From: a virus
Length of the DNA: 64,000 nt
IMG/VR virus record: IMGVR_UViG_3300035187_002895
Location: 5,480-69,479 of that record
Strand: one strand, 5' to 3'
Part shown: positions 1 to 10,162 of the stretch, piece by piece
How the letters are laid out: every line of letters begins with the position of its first letter
Numbering within the stretch: position 1 is the stretch's first letter
Translations under genes and position numbers: made by a program
Notes under the pieces: generated by a model
Database searches by the model: none
Seen by the model: the letters and a program-made list of their open reading frames with translations, nothing else
Told to the model about the DNA's origin: nothing

Positions 1-265
1 CTGTGAGTTGGTCCGTGGCTCCCATGGAAATGGTGTCCAAAAGGCCCTCCCCTACGCCATAGGCTCCCGCTCCCAAAGTCTTCCAGAAGCTGCCGGATTT
101 GGCTATTTCGTCAGGCTTGCTGTCGGGGGCGTGGATGCGTCTTACGATGCCTCCTTCCACTTCAATGTCAATACCGCCATCCCTGTGGCTACGGCCACGG
201 AACTGGTCAACTACTTTCCATTTGCCGCCCTGCATGATGCCGGAAATTGGGACAATAGGTTTCAT
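1..265 (-). CDS. Partial putative virion/cargo protein (runs off window start)
   Basis: Manual translation from ATG at 265: MKPIVPISGIMQGGKWKVVDQFRGRSHRDGGIDIEV..., open to position 1. GxSHxxGGI motif resembles crAss-like structural proteins. TATCTTTG promoter box just upstream (270-277, minus). Confidence 0.6.
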   Translation of the reverse strand, partial: MKPIVPISGIMQGGKWKVVDQFRGRSHRDGGIDIEVEGGIVRRIHAPDSKPDEIAKSGSFWKTLGAGAYGVGEGLLDTISMGATDQLT

Positions 266-282
266 AAGGCAAAGATAAGAAT

Positions 283-867
283 TTATTGGGCCAAAACAGA
301 TTTCAGTTGCGTGAAGGTTCCGTCAGGATTGGTTTGATAGGCCGATGTTACCAAGGGCCGTTTCTTCCATATCTTCCACCACTTGTCCCGTTTCCCCTTA
401 TACACCACCACCCGAACGGTGTCGGATATGCTTATGGTTCCATACAGGGTGTCGTTCTTTGTGTATAACTTCCCTTCGGGCAGGTAATACACTTTCTCCG
501 TCCTGTCGTATATGGTGGTGTCCCTGCCGGGGGCCAAAACGGGAACGGTGTAACGAAGCCCCGTCTGCATATAGGCCCTCAGCCCGTTTATACGGGTGTC
601 GAATCGGGCCTTTATGTCTTTCAGTTCTGTGGACAAATATTCCTGTGCCTGGTCCTGACTGAGCAATATCGTTTTGGTACGGGCTTCCATTTGTCCGAAT
701 CGGTTACGGGAAGTGTCCATGCTGTTACGGATGGCAACGGATAGGCCGCTAACATCCTCCGAAAGAATATCGTTCTGTTTCCGTAGGATACGGTTCTCTA
801 CAATCAGAAACACAAGAAGGGCTATTATGCCCCCCTTGATGATTAAGTCTGTGGAAATGGGTATCAA
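283..867 (-). CDS. Membrane-anchored protein, possible i-spanin/Rz-like lysis protein
   Basis: N-terminal TM (GGIIALLVFLIV) then coiled coil. Likely TTG start at 867 overlapping the upstream TGA (the ORF track extends to 921). Confidence 0.45.
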   Translation of the reverse strand: MIPISTDLIIKGGIIALLVFLIVENRILRKQNDILSEDVSGLSVAIRNSMDTSRNRFGQMEARTKTILLSQDQAQEYLSTELKDIKARFDTRINGLRAYMQTGLRYTVPVLAPGRDTTIYDRTEKVYYLPEGKLYTKNDTLYGTISISDTVRVVVYKGKRDKWWKIWKKRPLVTSAYQTNPDGTFTQLKSVLAQ

Positions 868-1271
868 AGTTCCGGTTCGTTTACATAGAACGGGGACAAC
901 ATTTCCTCCATTGCCTCCCAAGGATTGGCCTTCTTAAAGTCTTCGGGAAACGCATCATAATTGAGCGGAAGGAAATCGGGCAGTTTGGTTTCCTGTTCCA
1001 ACAGGGAACGGTAGGCTTTGCGGAAGGCTTTCTCTCCGTCTGCCGTCCATTTGTAGCCTCCCTTTTCGTCCCGTAGGATGATGTTGTTCTCCTTGGCGCA
1101 ATGGTCAAGCCGTAAGTCCTCTATGGCCTCGTCTATGGCTTCGTAACAAGGGCTCAATTTCTTTACCAGTTTCCCAAGTTGAACAACAGGGAGAAGGTCT
1201 TGTGCATTTTGCATCCCCTGAAGGATGTTCTGATGGAACGCTCTTAGCGTAAGCAATTTTTTGTTTTGCAT
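864..1271 (-). CDS. Hypothetical phage protein
   Basis: ORF 864..1361; likely start MQNKK at 1271, downstream of a TACCTTTG box at about 1290. Confidence 0.6.
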   Translation of the reverse strand: MQNKKLLTLRAFHQNILQGMQNAQDLLPVVQLGKLVKKLSPCYEAIDEAIEDLRLDHCAKENNIILRDEKGGYKWTADGEKAFRKAYRSLLEQETKLPDFLPLNYDAFPEDFKKANPWEAMEEMLSPFYVNEPEL

Positions 1272-1300
1272 AGGAATATATATTTTGGGCAAAGGTAATA

Positions 1301-1531
1301 TTATTTCCTTTGGAATTTCACAGCCTTTGAGGCTACGGATTTCTTTCCTACACAGCCCCAAGCCTTACGGGAAAGGGCATTGGCACAAGGGGGGTTGGCA
1401 CACTTCTTAATGCCGCTGGAACGGGCGCAGTAATTGTCCCCCTTTGGGGTTCCGGGGGAAATGGAATAGCCCTTGGCCCCGAAGGAACGGGTTTTGCCTC
1501 CTATGGTGGTTGTAAATTTCTTGTCGCTCAT
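1301..1531 (-). CDS. Small basic Cys-containing phage protein
   Basis: 76 aa with FGAKGY...YCARS...SRKAWGC, a pattern seen in small phage proteins; function unknown. Confidence 0.6.
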   Translation of the reverse strand: MSDKKFTTTIGGKTRSFGAKGYSISPGTPKGDNYCARSSGIKKCANPPCANALSRKAWGCVGKKSVASKAVKFQRK

Positions 1532-1607
1532 TGCTTTGTGAAATAATTATACAAAAATAAACTTTTTTCTACCTTTGTCTCATAAATTGGAAATTGAACA
1601 CAAACAG

Positions 1608-1642
1608 AAAAGCCCCTTCTTTTAGTTGGGGCCTTTTTTTTT
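1608..1642. terminator. Intrinsic terminator-like hairpin
   Basis: AAAAGCCCC-loop-GGGGCC-T10 in an intergenic gap. Confidence 0.55.
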
Positions 1643-1717
1643 CCTTCTCATTGCTTTCAACACCAAAACAAGAAATAAATTGGTGAGCGATATAATAAAC
1701 AAGAACAATTCAAGCCG

Positions 1718-1993
1718 TCAGTCTTCCTCGTCCTTGTCCTTGTCCTTTTCCTTCCGCTTCCGCTTCTTTTTCTTCTCCTCTTCCATACGGTCCAGTTCGT
1801 TCCATATCCTTATGGATGTCAGGATGGCCGCTGTTAAGCCCACAAAGATGCTTACCAATAGGTTTACTTCCGCAAGGATGGGGGCAAGGTAAACAAGAAA
1901 GGCAAGGTCAAACCCCACCAAAGGAATGTCAAGTAAAATCATCCTTTTAACAGGACAGGCCCAGTCCTTTATGTACTCAATCAAGTGTTGCAT
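1718..1993 (-). CDS. Putative holin-like membrane protein
   Basis: Likely start MQHLIEY at 1993; two hydrophobic segments and a highly charged C-tail (EEEKKKKRKRKEKDKDKDEED). Confidence 0.5.
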   Translation of the reverse strand: MQHLIEYIKDWACPVKRMILLDIPLVGFDLAFLVYLAPILAEVNLLVSIFVGLTAAILTSIRIWNELDRMEEEKKKKRKRKEKDKDKDEED

Positions 1994-2390
1994 ATTGAGC
2001 CCGTTTTGAAAGTAATGTTTCCACCGTGGCCGAAGCCCAATCGTCCAGGCCGAAAATGTATGCCACAACTTTCGGTCCGGTAAGTTTCTCCCCCCTCCAG
2101 GATTTCGCCCCAAGCATCTGCCTGATGGCCCTCTGGGAGTGGTCCACTCCACTCTCCATTCGGATGCGGAATATTTCCTCCCCTTTCACCTGTTGCCGGA
2201 ACTGAGCCGCTTCACAGGTGATTTTAAAGATGCCGTCCCTGTCAATGGATGCGACAACATTAATGGGGGAACGGGCAGGGCCGTCAATGGATAGGTAAAG
2301 GCCAGCATCATACTTGGGCCTGAAACCAAAGGCTTTGGCCCAAAAGCATTGTGGCTTCTGGAAGATGATGATGTCAAGAGAAGTTGGCAT
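1977..2390 (-). CDS. Hypothetical protein
   Basis: ORF 1977..2450, likely start MPTSLD at 2390; same strand and packing as neighbours. Confidence 0.55.
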   Translation of the reverse strand: MPTSLDIIIFQKPQCFWAKAFGFRPKYDAGLYLSIDGPARSPINVVASIDRDGIFKITCEAAQFRQQVKGEEIFRIRMESGVDHSQRAIRQMLGAKSWRGEKLTGPKVVAYIFGLDDWASATVETLLSKRAQYATLD

Positions 2391-2419
2391 GGCTGCTTTT
2401 GTTTCGGCAAAAATAGGAA

Positions 2420-2791
2420 TTAATTGAATCGGCCCTCCGAATCGGCCCAAAGAATCTTTTGGGTGACCAAATTGGCTATGATAACGCTCTGATGAAGCAT
2501 ACTCATGTAATACTCAAACTCCGTCATAACAGCATCAGGGCTGTTGCAAGGAACGGGAACCCCCTTGTCGTTCACACAATGGGAATTGTCCGCAATGAGC
2601 GACACAATTTTGGGGGGAATGATGTTTATGGGAGTATCATCCTTATCGAAGTAGTTCACCTGAACGGTGAGGTTGATGTTCTCTCCCATAAAGGGAACGG
2701 CATTGATAAGCAATCCGGCCATTGTGGCCGTCCTTTTGAACCCGTACACGGGGTCGTTGCTTATGGGTACTGTGATGTTGTAGTTGCTCAT
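2420..2791 (-). CDS. Hypothetical protein (possible tail-fibre accessory)
   Basis: 123-aa ORF directly downstream of the tail fibre gene. Confidence 0.6.
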   Translation of the reverse strand: MSNYNITVPISNDPVYGFKRTATMAGLLINAVPFMGENINLTVQVNYFDKDDTPINIIPPKIVSLIADNSHCVNDKGVPVPCNSPDAVMTEFEYYMSMLHQSVIIANLVTQKILWADSEGRFN

Positions 2792-2795
2792 GTTG

Positions 2796-5700
2796 TTATG
2801 CGCTTCCTTTCATTAAACCTTTATTTACCAATACAGTTCTTATTTCATTAAGGAGGGTAATAACCCCATCTGCTTGGGCTGCTGTAGAATAGCCCCATGG
2901 AGTTGTTTGTGTGGCTGCTGTTGTTGCAACCGCTGCCTGTGCAGCCGCTGCTCTTTGTGTGCTTGCAGTAGCTCCGTGAAATCCGAGTAATTGAGTGGTG
3001 CTTGTTCCAATTTGAGTCCCTGCGCCCGAAGTGGACAAGACAAGATTCACGCCCGTTGCAATAGTAAGTGCCGTGCTACTAATCGCTAATGCTGCGGTAG
3101 TGCTATTGGGATAGAAATTTATTGTTCCTCCTGAACTTATCCATGTTTGGGCACTTCCTACGCCAATACCATAATCTAATGAAGTAGTAGTATTGTTGGC
3201 GAAAAGAACAATTTTAGTACCTGCACTTCTAACAACAGACCCAACAGTAAATGCCGGATTTGCTGATACGCTTCCAAACTGCATATATTGAGCATTTGGA
3301 GACCCGCTGAAAAACAATGCTGGAATAGAATTATTTGTTGTTGAATCGGCAGTTAGATTTAACCCCCTTACAGTATTGCTATACTCAAATTGGGCCGCTG
3401 CAATAGGACTTGTAACACCCCCTCCGTTATTTGGATAGAACCTTATAAAATTAGGAGCCGAAAGCCATAAAATAGGGCCAGACCCTTCTGTTCCAATAGC
3501 AGCATCTATACTACTGGCACTAATATTTGGATAAAATGTTATTTTAGTTCCTGCACTTCTGGTTGTGAAAGATGGCACTGCAATATTGGATGTGTTGTTA
3601 AAATTCATCCAATTTATTGTACTACCTCCAATTGTCAATTGAGCATTTGTTGTGCTGCCCGTTGTGGGGGAAATGGAAACGGATGTGGCCGATGCCGGAC
3701 TGGAACTGAAGACGGCCTGTGCCGAAAAGGTTTTCGCCCCTGTGAAAGTTTGGGCGTTTTCAAGCAACGCTACAGTTCCTGTCAGGGCGGGTAGCGTCAC
3801 CGTTCCCGATGCCGTTGCGGATGCGTTCAGCGTGGTGGTTCCGCTTGAAGAACCCGCAAGAATAAGTGTTCCTGAGTTAAAGGTTTTTGCTCCTGTATTG
3901 GTTTGTGTAGAAGCCAAAATCATATTACCCGCCCCTGCCGCTGTCCATGACAAGTTCCCGCTGGCATCGCTGCTTAGTATCTGTCCTGCCGTAGGGGCCG
4001 TTGTGGGCCAATAGTAGTTGATGTTGGCCGCTGCACTTGTGGAAGCCTGTACCGTTGTTGTAAAGGCATTGGAACTATTACGGAATACAATCGTTCCTGT
4101 AACACTACTACTCACCCCAACATCCACTCCGCTATTGAATGTGGCCCGTCCCGCTGTGGAAAGGGTGGCTACGGATGGGTTGGCAAGAAGTTTTCCTGTG
4201 GTTCCACTAAATACGGCAAAGTTACCGTCCGTTGCAGAACCCGGCCCCACTACATCTCCCGTTCCCGAAACTGCCACCCATGACATTACGCCTCCCGTTG
4301 TGGCCGTCAGGAATTGATTGGCCCCTGTCGGATAGGCATTAGGAAGGGTGTATATCCCCGCTCCCGTCACCGTTGCTGGAGCCAGAAGGGAAACGGACCC
4401 CCCACCATTCACGCCAAGAACCAAGTCGGCTGAATTGCCGCCCCCTGCCGGAATTGTCAGGGTTTGGGTGCTGTCTATTAGGGCTACGGTTCCGCTTTGG
4501 TCAGGAAATGTGTAGATTTTGGTCGAAGTGGTGGCGGAAAACAAAAACTCGCTTTTAAAGGCATCTGTATCAAAAAAAACAGACATCTTTTTATCCCCGC
4601 CCTGTTCCCGAAAGAAAAGGGTGGCATAATTGTTTATACCCGTAGGGGCTGACCCTCCCGCTTTCCTGTAATGGGTGTGGCCATTCGTGGCATTATCCCC
4701 AAACTGAGGGCTGTAAAGGACAGGATTGGTGCTGAACACAAGGTTTGTGGTAGTAGTCCCTGTTGTTCCTGTGGCCCCTGAAAGATACTGAACCTGTGTC
4801 GTTGTGGTTGTGGAGGCTATCGGTAGGCCATTGGCATCACTCACCAAGGCCCTGTTTGCCGTTGGAGCCGTCAGGCCGCTTACGGCTGTTCCACTTGTGG
4901 CATAGTAGGCCAACTGATATTGCGTTCCGCTATTCACGGTTCCACTTCCAGTAGGAGAGGTCCACACCCCATCCGCCCGAAGGAAGTTTGCAGTTCCCCC
5001 GCCTGATGCCGGAACAACGCCCGAAAGGGAAGAGGAAAACTGATTTATCAATGCCGTCAGTTGGGTTTGCGTAAGGGCTATGGGTGTCGCTGAACTTCCT
5101 GTGTTGTTCCCTATTACGGTGTTGGCAGGAAGATTGGCCATCTTGGCAAGCGTAACGGCTGCGTTAGCTATCGTTACGGCTCCCGAAACGGCTATCGTTG
5201 CGTCCCCTGACATGGCCACCCACTTGTTCCCCGTTGTTGCTGCCGTGTCGGCCATTAGGAATGTGGCATTGGCCCCTATGGGCAATCGGGCAAGGGCCAC
5301 TCCTGTATGCGTCAACAGGTCGCCCTTGCTTGTCAGAATGGGAACATTTGGCGAAACAAGCCCTATTTCCCCTGTGCTGCTATTTATAGCAAAATCAGAG
5401 GCGTTGAAGTAAAGCTCCTGTACCTGACCGTTCGTTAAGGCATACCGCCCTAAAACGGTTTGGCTCTGAACATTCTGTATCTTGGGATAGGTGACGGCCC
5501 CGTTGGCTATTGTAAACTGAGCCTCATTGGTTCCGCTTACAATGGCGAAACTTGCCGTCAGGTCCCCCGCCACAACAGAGTTTACGGCTGCGCTGGCGGT
5601 GTTCCCCATAAAAATGGTGTTCACGGCCAAGGAATCTGTCAGGTAGCCGTCAAGGGCATCCTGTAGGCCGTCTATCTGCGTTATGGGGAAGTTGAACCCT

Positions 5701-6902
5701 ATGTCGGCCAATACCAAGGCCCGAAAGCCCGGTGTTGCTGCCGATCCTGTTGTCGGTCCCGCAAATACGGTGTTGGCCGTTTGGGTTTGTAGCGTAAACC
5801 CTACAATGGGGTTTATGGCCGTTCCCGAATTGACAGCGTTGAATATAGCCCCTGCCGGAACGGTCATGGTAACGCTGTTCACTTGCCCCCCTGATGCGGA
5901 TGCTACGGTGGTGACGGATGTGAGCCGTCCCTTGCTGTCCACGGTGACAATGGGAATTAGTAGGTTGCTTCCGTAGGTTCCCGCTGTCACTCCCGAATTG
6001 GGAAGGTCCGATGAGGTGATGGTTCTGAATGTGGGAACCGTTCCGTTTATCGTACTGCTTGAGGCAAGGAACCTGTTTGCGTTCTGTGTATTGAGGGAAA
6101 CATCCAAAACAGCCGCCCCCGTCTGAGGACTGGTTGTTGTGGTGAATACCGTTGTTGCGTTTGTTGTCAGCGAGACAGAGGCCACACCCGATGGGTTGGC
6201 TATAACATCGTTTATGTTGGCGTTCAGCTTCTGTAAGGCCGTCAGAATGGTGTCGGAAGAAGAAATGGCCGCAGGACTTACAGCCCCGTTCCATCCCGTC
6301 AATAGTTTCCCTATTACGGCTGCATTGCTCAATACAGGGTTGGGATAGGTTCCCGACAATTCACCCCCTGCTGCTATTCCTGATATGGTGGATATATAAG
6401 GGGTGTTGTCGTAACTTATTGTCGTTCCGCTTATCTTGACGAACCCGGTCCCCGATAGGGCGTTCTGCTTGGCGTTCAGGGCCGCTGTTATTCCTGCATT
6501 GGATGTATAGCTGCCCTGTAAGTTGGCCCAACTAATATCCCCAAGGACGGCAGCATTGTTCACTTTCGTCACTTGGGCCTGTGTCAAATGGTAGTATTCC
6601 CCTGCCGTTCCCCCTTGCAGCCCCGAAAGGTCATTGTGTATGCCCTGATAGGATAGGGTGTTGGCGTAGGTGGTTACGGAAGGGAAATAGGGCGGAAGAG
6701 GAACATCCAATAGGTTCCCTATGTTTATCAGGGCCGTAAGGGCATCAAGCCGAACGGATTCCGAAAGGGAGGTGTCATTGGCCGTTGTCTTGAGGCCGCT
6801 CATCATACTGGCCCTTTCCAGTTCCCCTTTGGAAACGGCCTGTGAAATGGCTAACGCTGCTTTGGCGTTGTATGTTGAAAGGTCATCAAGAAAGTTTGCC
6901 AT
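2796..6902 (-). CDS. Tail fibre / receptor-binding protein
   Basis: 1368 aa rich in G/S/T/A, with typical fibre motifs (GGELSGTYPNP, VTVDSKGRLTS, TNFLRADG-like, GAKTF repeats). Confidence 0.85.
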   Translation of the reverse strand: MANFLDDLSTYNAKAALAISQAVSKGELERASMMSGLKTTANDTSLSESVRLDALTALINIGNLLDVPLPPYFPSVTTYANTLSYQGIHNDLSGLQGGTAGEYYHLTQAQVTKVNNAAVLGDISWANLQGSYTSNAGITAALNAKQNALSGTGFVKISGTTISYDNTPYISTISGIAAGGELSGTYPNPVLSNAAVIGKLLTGWNGAVSPAAISSSDTILTALQKLNANINDVIANPSGVASVSLTTNATTVFTTTTSPQTGAAVLDVSLNTQNANRFLASSSTINGTVPTFRTITSSDLPNSGVTAGTYGSNLLIPIVTVDSKGRLTSVTTVASASGGQVNSVTMTVPAGAIFNAVNSGTAINPIVGFTLQTQTANTVFAGPTTGSAATPGFRALVLADIGFNFPITQIDGLQDALDGYLTDSLAVNTIFMGNTASAAVNSVVAGDLTASFAIVSGTNEAQFTIANGAVTYPKIQNVQSQTVLGRYALTNGQVQELYFNASDFAINSSTGEIGLVSPNVPILTSKGDLLTHTGVALARLPIGANATFLMADTAATTGNKWVAMSGDATIAVSGAVTIANAAVTLAKMANLPANTVIGNNTGSSATPIALTQTQLTALINQFSSSLSGVVPASGGGTANFLRADGVWTSPTGSGTVNSGTQYQLAYYATSGTAVSGLTAPTANRALVSDANGLPIASTTTTTQVQYLSGATGTTGTTTTNLVFSTNPVLYSPQFGDNATNGHTHYRKAGGSAPTGINNYATLFFREQGGDKKMSVFFDTDAFKSEFLFSATTSTKIYTFPDQSGTVALIDSTQTLTIPAGGGNSADLVLGVNGGGSVSLLAPATVTGAGIYTLPNAYPTGANQFLTATTGGVMSWVAVSGTGDVVGPGSATDGNFAVFSGTTGKLLANPSVATLSTAGRATFNSGVDVGVSSSVTGTIVFRNSSNAFTTTVQASTSAAANINYYWPTTAPTAGQILSSDASGNLSWTAAGAGNMILASTQTNTGAKTFNSGTLILAGSSSGTTTLNASATASGTVTLPALTGTVALLENAQTFTGAKTFSAQAVFSSSPASATSVSISPTTGSTTNAQLTIGGSTINWMNFNNTSNIAVPSFTTRSAGTKITFYPNISASSIDAAIGTEGSGPILWLSAPNFIRFYPNNGGGVTSPIAAAQFEYSNTVRGLNLTADSTTNNSIPALFFSGSPNAQYMQFGSVSANPAFTVGSVVRSAGTKIVLFANNTTTSLDYGIGVGSAQTWISSGGTINFYPNSTTAALAISSTALTIATGVNLVLSTSGAGTQIGTSTTQLLGFHGATASTQRAAAAQAAVATTAATQTTPWGYSTAAQADGVITLLNEIRTVLVNKGLMKGSA

Positions 6903-6903
6903 A

Positions 6904-7800
6904 TTAACAGTTACAGGATATTTCTTGTGCGGAACAAATTTCTTTAAGTTTTTCGTAAATTTCTGTGGCGGTGGTCCATTCCCCCGATTCCATAGCGTTC
7001 AGCATTCCTACATACATGGCATACACTTCAAGGTAGTCCTCGTTGCATTTGCCACACATAACGCTCTGTAAGAACTCGTAACGCATTCTGTTGAGGCAGT
7101 TCTGAACGAAGCTGTCCACCATTATGCCGGAACTTGCCAAAAACCATCCATTCTGAGTGGCAAGGGAAACATATTCCAGTCCGGGAGTGTAGGTTTCTGT
7201 TATCGGTGCGCCCACCAAAAAAAGCTCATACAGGCCCGTTATTACATTTCCGTCCTCATCCACAGGAAGAGATAAGGAATATTCATAAGGGGCTTCTGCC
7301 TGGTCTGGTTGCGTGTCAGGACCAAGAGTTAGGTTGGGGTTGGTTTTGTCGCTTTTTATTCGGTAAACCGTCCACAGATAGAGTGCGCTTCTTTTGGGCC
7401 TCAATGGGTCAAATACGCTGCTTTCAGGGTTGTATCCCGTTGGATTTGTGGTGGCATTGTATGTCCCCGTTCCATCCGTAACATCTATCTGAGTTTGGTC
7501 TGTATTGATTGTAAGCACCCCCCAACGCAACACAAGGTCTTTAGGAGATTGTGCATCAGGAGTAACAAAGAATGCCACCTGTTGGCTTGAAACCAAAAAG
7601 ACAGGGGAATTTGCTGCTGTGACAAAGAAAGCATCCTGACGGCTTCCTGTGAGGAATATGTTTGCCTCGCTTTTCGTAACGAAAAAGGCATCTGAACGCT
7701 GGCCTGTTTGAAATATGGAAGAGTTCCCTACTGTGTTAAAGAAGGAAACTTTCTTTCCGTTTGTTACGAAAAATGCTACTTTTTTTGTAACTGTAGGCAT
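6904..7800 (-). CDS. Putative tail structural protein
   Basis: 298 aa adjacent to the fibre; five N-terminal (A/S)FF(V/N)T repeats, DGTGTYNATTNPTGY motif, Cys-rich C-terminus. Confidence 0.6.
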   Translation of the reverse strand: MPTVTKKVAFFVTNGKKVSFFNTVGNSSIFQTGQRSDAFFVTKSEANIFLTGSRQDAFFVTAANSPVFLVSSQQVAFFVTPDAQSPKDLVLRWGVLTINTDQTQIDVTDGTGTYNATTNPTGYNPESSVFDPLRPKRSALYLWTVYRIKSDKTNPNLTLGPDTQPDQAEAPYEYSLSLPVDEDGNVITGLYELFLVGAPITETYTPGLEYVSLATQNGWFLASSGIMVDSFVQNCLNRMRYEFLQSVMCGKCNEDYLEVYAMYVGMLNAMESGEWTTATEIYEKLKEICSAQEISCNC

Positions 7801-7806
7801 TGTTTA

Positions 7807-8619
7807 TTAGGCTGTTCCGCCCGTTCCTGTATTTCCTGAACTTGTTGAACCTACACCAAAATATCCTCTTTGTACCAATGAGTTGTTTGACTGACTGGGT
7901 TCCACCAAAAATTCAGTAATGTTTTCCTCCGTAGTGATACGATAGGCAGTTGTGCTGCTTAAGGTTTGTCTTGGTGTTGCTCTCAGCCAAATGTAGTCTG
8001 GAATGTCTGCAAAAGTAGGCCAACGGCTTGTTGTTCCACTTGGGGTAAACACATTCTCAACCCTGATTGTAAAAGGAATGTTTGCAGCCGTAGCCGTTGA
8101 AACGGGTATTCCAACATCACTTACACGCTCCAGTTTGGTTGTGGATGTTTGATTGTCGGCATTTTCGCTGTTGGAGGCCCTCCAAGTTGTCAAATCGGGA
8201 ATGTATGCCTGATTGTTTGGCAATCCTGTTTTCTGTGTAGAAACCCGAATGAAAAATGGTTCCGTAATTGTCAGAATGGTTTTGGCCGCATACAATCCAT
8301 TTGCACCGGGTGGCGTAGCCAATGGCGTATCCGTAAGTTCAAGTGCCGTTGCATTTGTAATGCTATCAATTTGGCCCATCAAAACGAATACCCCTGCATT
8401 ATCGAGGTAGTACAGATATTCGCCCGGATTAAACAAAGTGAAATCTGTTGCAGTACCATTGACGGTGTTTCCAGCAAAGGAAGAAAAGGTTCCATCCGAA
8501 TACAAAGGAGCTACAATTTCTTCAGTGGGCGCATTTGTTGTTCCTCCGCTGTTTGAGGTTGCAAGCCCTTGGTTGTTTTGATTAATTCTGTAATAATTAA
8601 TCGTTGCGTTGTATGCCAT
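7807..8619 (-). CDS. Putative structural protein (paralog of 8634-9473)
   Basis: 270 aa, T/G/S-rich; shares GT.T.F...GEYL.Y...L.GQI..I...TA..LT with the next gene. Confidence 0.65.
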   Translation of the reverse strand: MAYNATINYYRINQNNQGLATSNSGGTTNAPTEEIVAPLYSDGTFSSFAGNTVNGTATDFTLFNPGEYLYYLDNAGVFVLMGQIDSITNATALELTDTPLATPPGANGLYAAKTILTITEPFFIRVSTQKTGLPNNQAYIPDLTTWRASNSENADNQTSTTKLERVSDVGIPVSTATAANIPFTIRVENVFTPSGTTSRWPTFADIPDYIWLRATPRQTLSSTTAYRITTEENITEFLVEPSQSNNSLVQRGYFGVGSTSSGNTGTGGTA

Positions 8620-8633
8620 TTTTTTTGTGTTGT

Positions 8634-9473
8634 TTATTCTGGAATGTATCCTGCTGCAATTAAATTTTCACGGGAGTAGTTTAACCCTGCCCTGATGCAA
8701 TTCAAATTGAAAAATTCTTTTGCCATCAATTTGTACAAGGTGTTTGGAGCAAATTCAGACCCGCTGATTCCTGACCTGTCAAGCAATGCGTAAGCAAAGT
8801 TTGGAATGTTTGCCGAGGATGGGAAATACAATCGGTCATTCCCTACTGTTACACTTGGCCAATTGAATATTGCCCTTATGGAATAGGAAAGATTTTGAAT
8901 TGGGGGCGTAGCCTGAACAGAAGGAAAGTTTACATCGCTGTAACGCTTTAGATTATTTGTATTGCTATCGTTTATGTCCCCGTACTTTCCGGGAGGGTTT
9001 ATAAGCCATTGTGCCCAATTAGGGAGAGCAAACTGAGTACCACTTCCATCCAAACGAATAACGGGAACCCTGATTAAAATATCATCCCGATTGGAGATTA
9101 TTACCTTGGTTTTCCCACAATTAGCCCCCGGTGCGGATATCGTTACAGGCGAACCGCTTGTTAATGTCATAGCCGTAATTGTAGATACGGTGGCTATTTG
9201 CCCCAACAATACAGGCTCGTTGGATATATTGTCGTAGTAGAACAAATATTCTCCAACAGAAAAATCCCGAAGAAAATTGGTGTTAGTCCCCGATATTGCC
9301 ACATTGCCCGAAGTTGCAGTTATTTTTCCTGTCGCAAGGGTTACGGGCGTTATGATGTCAGTAAGAGAATTGGCCGTCCCGCCCGTAGGAGTGTTGGCTA
9401 CATCAATGTTCTGAACAGTGGCTTTGGCAAATGTGATGCCCGTAAGAATTTGAGATATTTGGTCTATTGCCAT
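8634..9473 (-). CDS. Putative structural protein (paralog of 7807-8619)
   Basis: 279 aa, same shared motif block. Confidence 0.65.
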   Translation of the reverse strand: MAIDQISQILTGITFAKATVQNIDVANTPTGGTANSLTDIITPVTLATGKITATSGNVAISGTNTNFLRDFSVGEYLFYYDNISNEPVLLGQIATVSTITAMTLTSGSPVTISAPGANCGKTKVIISNRDDILIRVPVIRLDGSGTQFALPNWAQWLINPPGKYGDINDSNTNNLKRYSDVNFPSVQATPPIQNLSYSIRAIFNWPSVTVGNDRLYFPSSANIPNFAYALLDRSGISGSEFAPNTLYKLMAKEFFNLNCIRAGLNYSRENLIAAGYIPE

Positions 9474-9507
9474 TTTCGTAGGAATCTATTCGCAAAAATA
9501 CAGAATT

Positions 9508-9891
9508 TTAGTTACTACTGCCCCCTTTGAAAATTAATTCTTCCATTTGATGGATTTGTGCCCACCGATTCCATATATGGTCGGGTAACCGTTCCGTCAA
9601 ATCATCCCCCTCCACGCCCTCTATCGGGTGTATTTCAACAGGAAAAATATCCCGTGCAAGTTCCTCTATCTCCTTCCTGTCCATCCCGTCCTCAACAGGA
9701 ATGATTTCCATGTATATGTCCTCTATTCCCATCCGATACAACATTCGGGAAAAGGTTTCGTCAGCAAAAATAATCACAGGCCCGTTCTTCTCTTCCCATT
9801 CAAGGGCCGAAACTATTAACGAGGCCGTTTCCTTTTCGCCCATAGGAATCATATCCTTTGTTCCTATATGATAGCCCACTTTTACTTCCAT
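9508..9891 (-). CDS. Hypothetical protein
   Basis: 127-aa acidic ORF with a TACCTTTG box just upstream (about 9896-9903). Confidence 0.6.
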   Translation of the reverse strand: MEVKVGYHIGTKDMIPMGEKETASLIVSALEWEEKNGPVIIFADETFSRMLYRMGIEDIYMEIIPVEDGMDRKEIEELARDIFPVEIHPIEGVEGDDLTERLPDHIWNRWAQIHQMEELIFKGGSSN

Positions 9892-9905
9892 ATGGCAAAG
9901 GTATC

Positions 9906-9944
9906 AAAAAAAAGGAGGCAAAATGCCCCCTCCTTTTCTCTTTT
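9906..9944 (-). terminator. Intrinsic terminator (possibly bidirectional)
   Basis: A8-GGAGG...CCTCC-T-rich hairpin after gene 9962-10162. Confidence 0.6.
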
Positions 9945-9961
9945 ACAAAATGAAAGTTTAG

Positions 9962-10162
9962 TTATGAATAATTCTGATATGTGTAGGTGAGCAACTGATT
10001 GGCCGTCACCGTATCATTAACGGCCCCGCTCTGCCTGTATTGCACTTCCTGATAGAACGCCAATAAGGTTTGGGTTTTCAGGGAAGGTTTCACACAGCCC
10101 CCCTGAATGTCAAACTTCTGGGAGGCTATGTATTTGTCGTACAGGGTTTGCAGGGTGTCCAT
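9962..10162 (-). CDS. Hypothetical small protein
   Basis: 66 aa, TAATG coupling to the upstream gene. Confidence 0.55.
   Translation of the reverse strand: MDTLQTLYDKYIASQKFDIQGGCVKPSLKTQTLLAFYQEVQYRQSGAVNDTVTANQLLTYTYQNYS

Noticed and set aside
2796-6902. Diversity-generating retroelement targeting the tail fibre
   Set aside because: No reverse transcriptase, and no template/variable repeat pair differing at adenines was seen.
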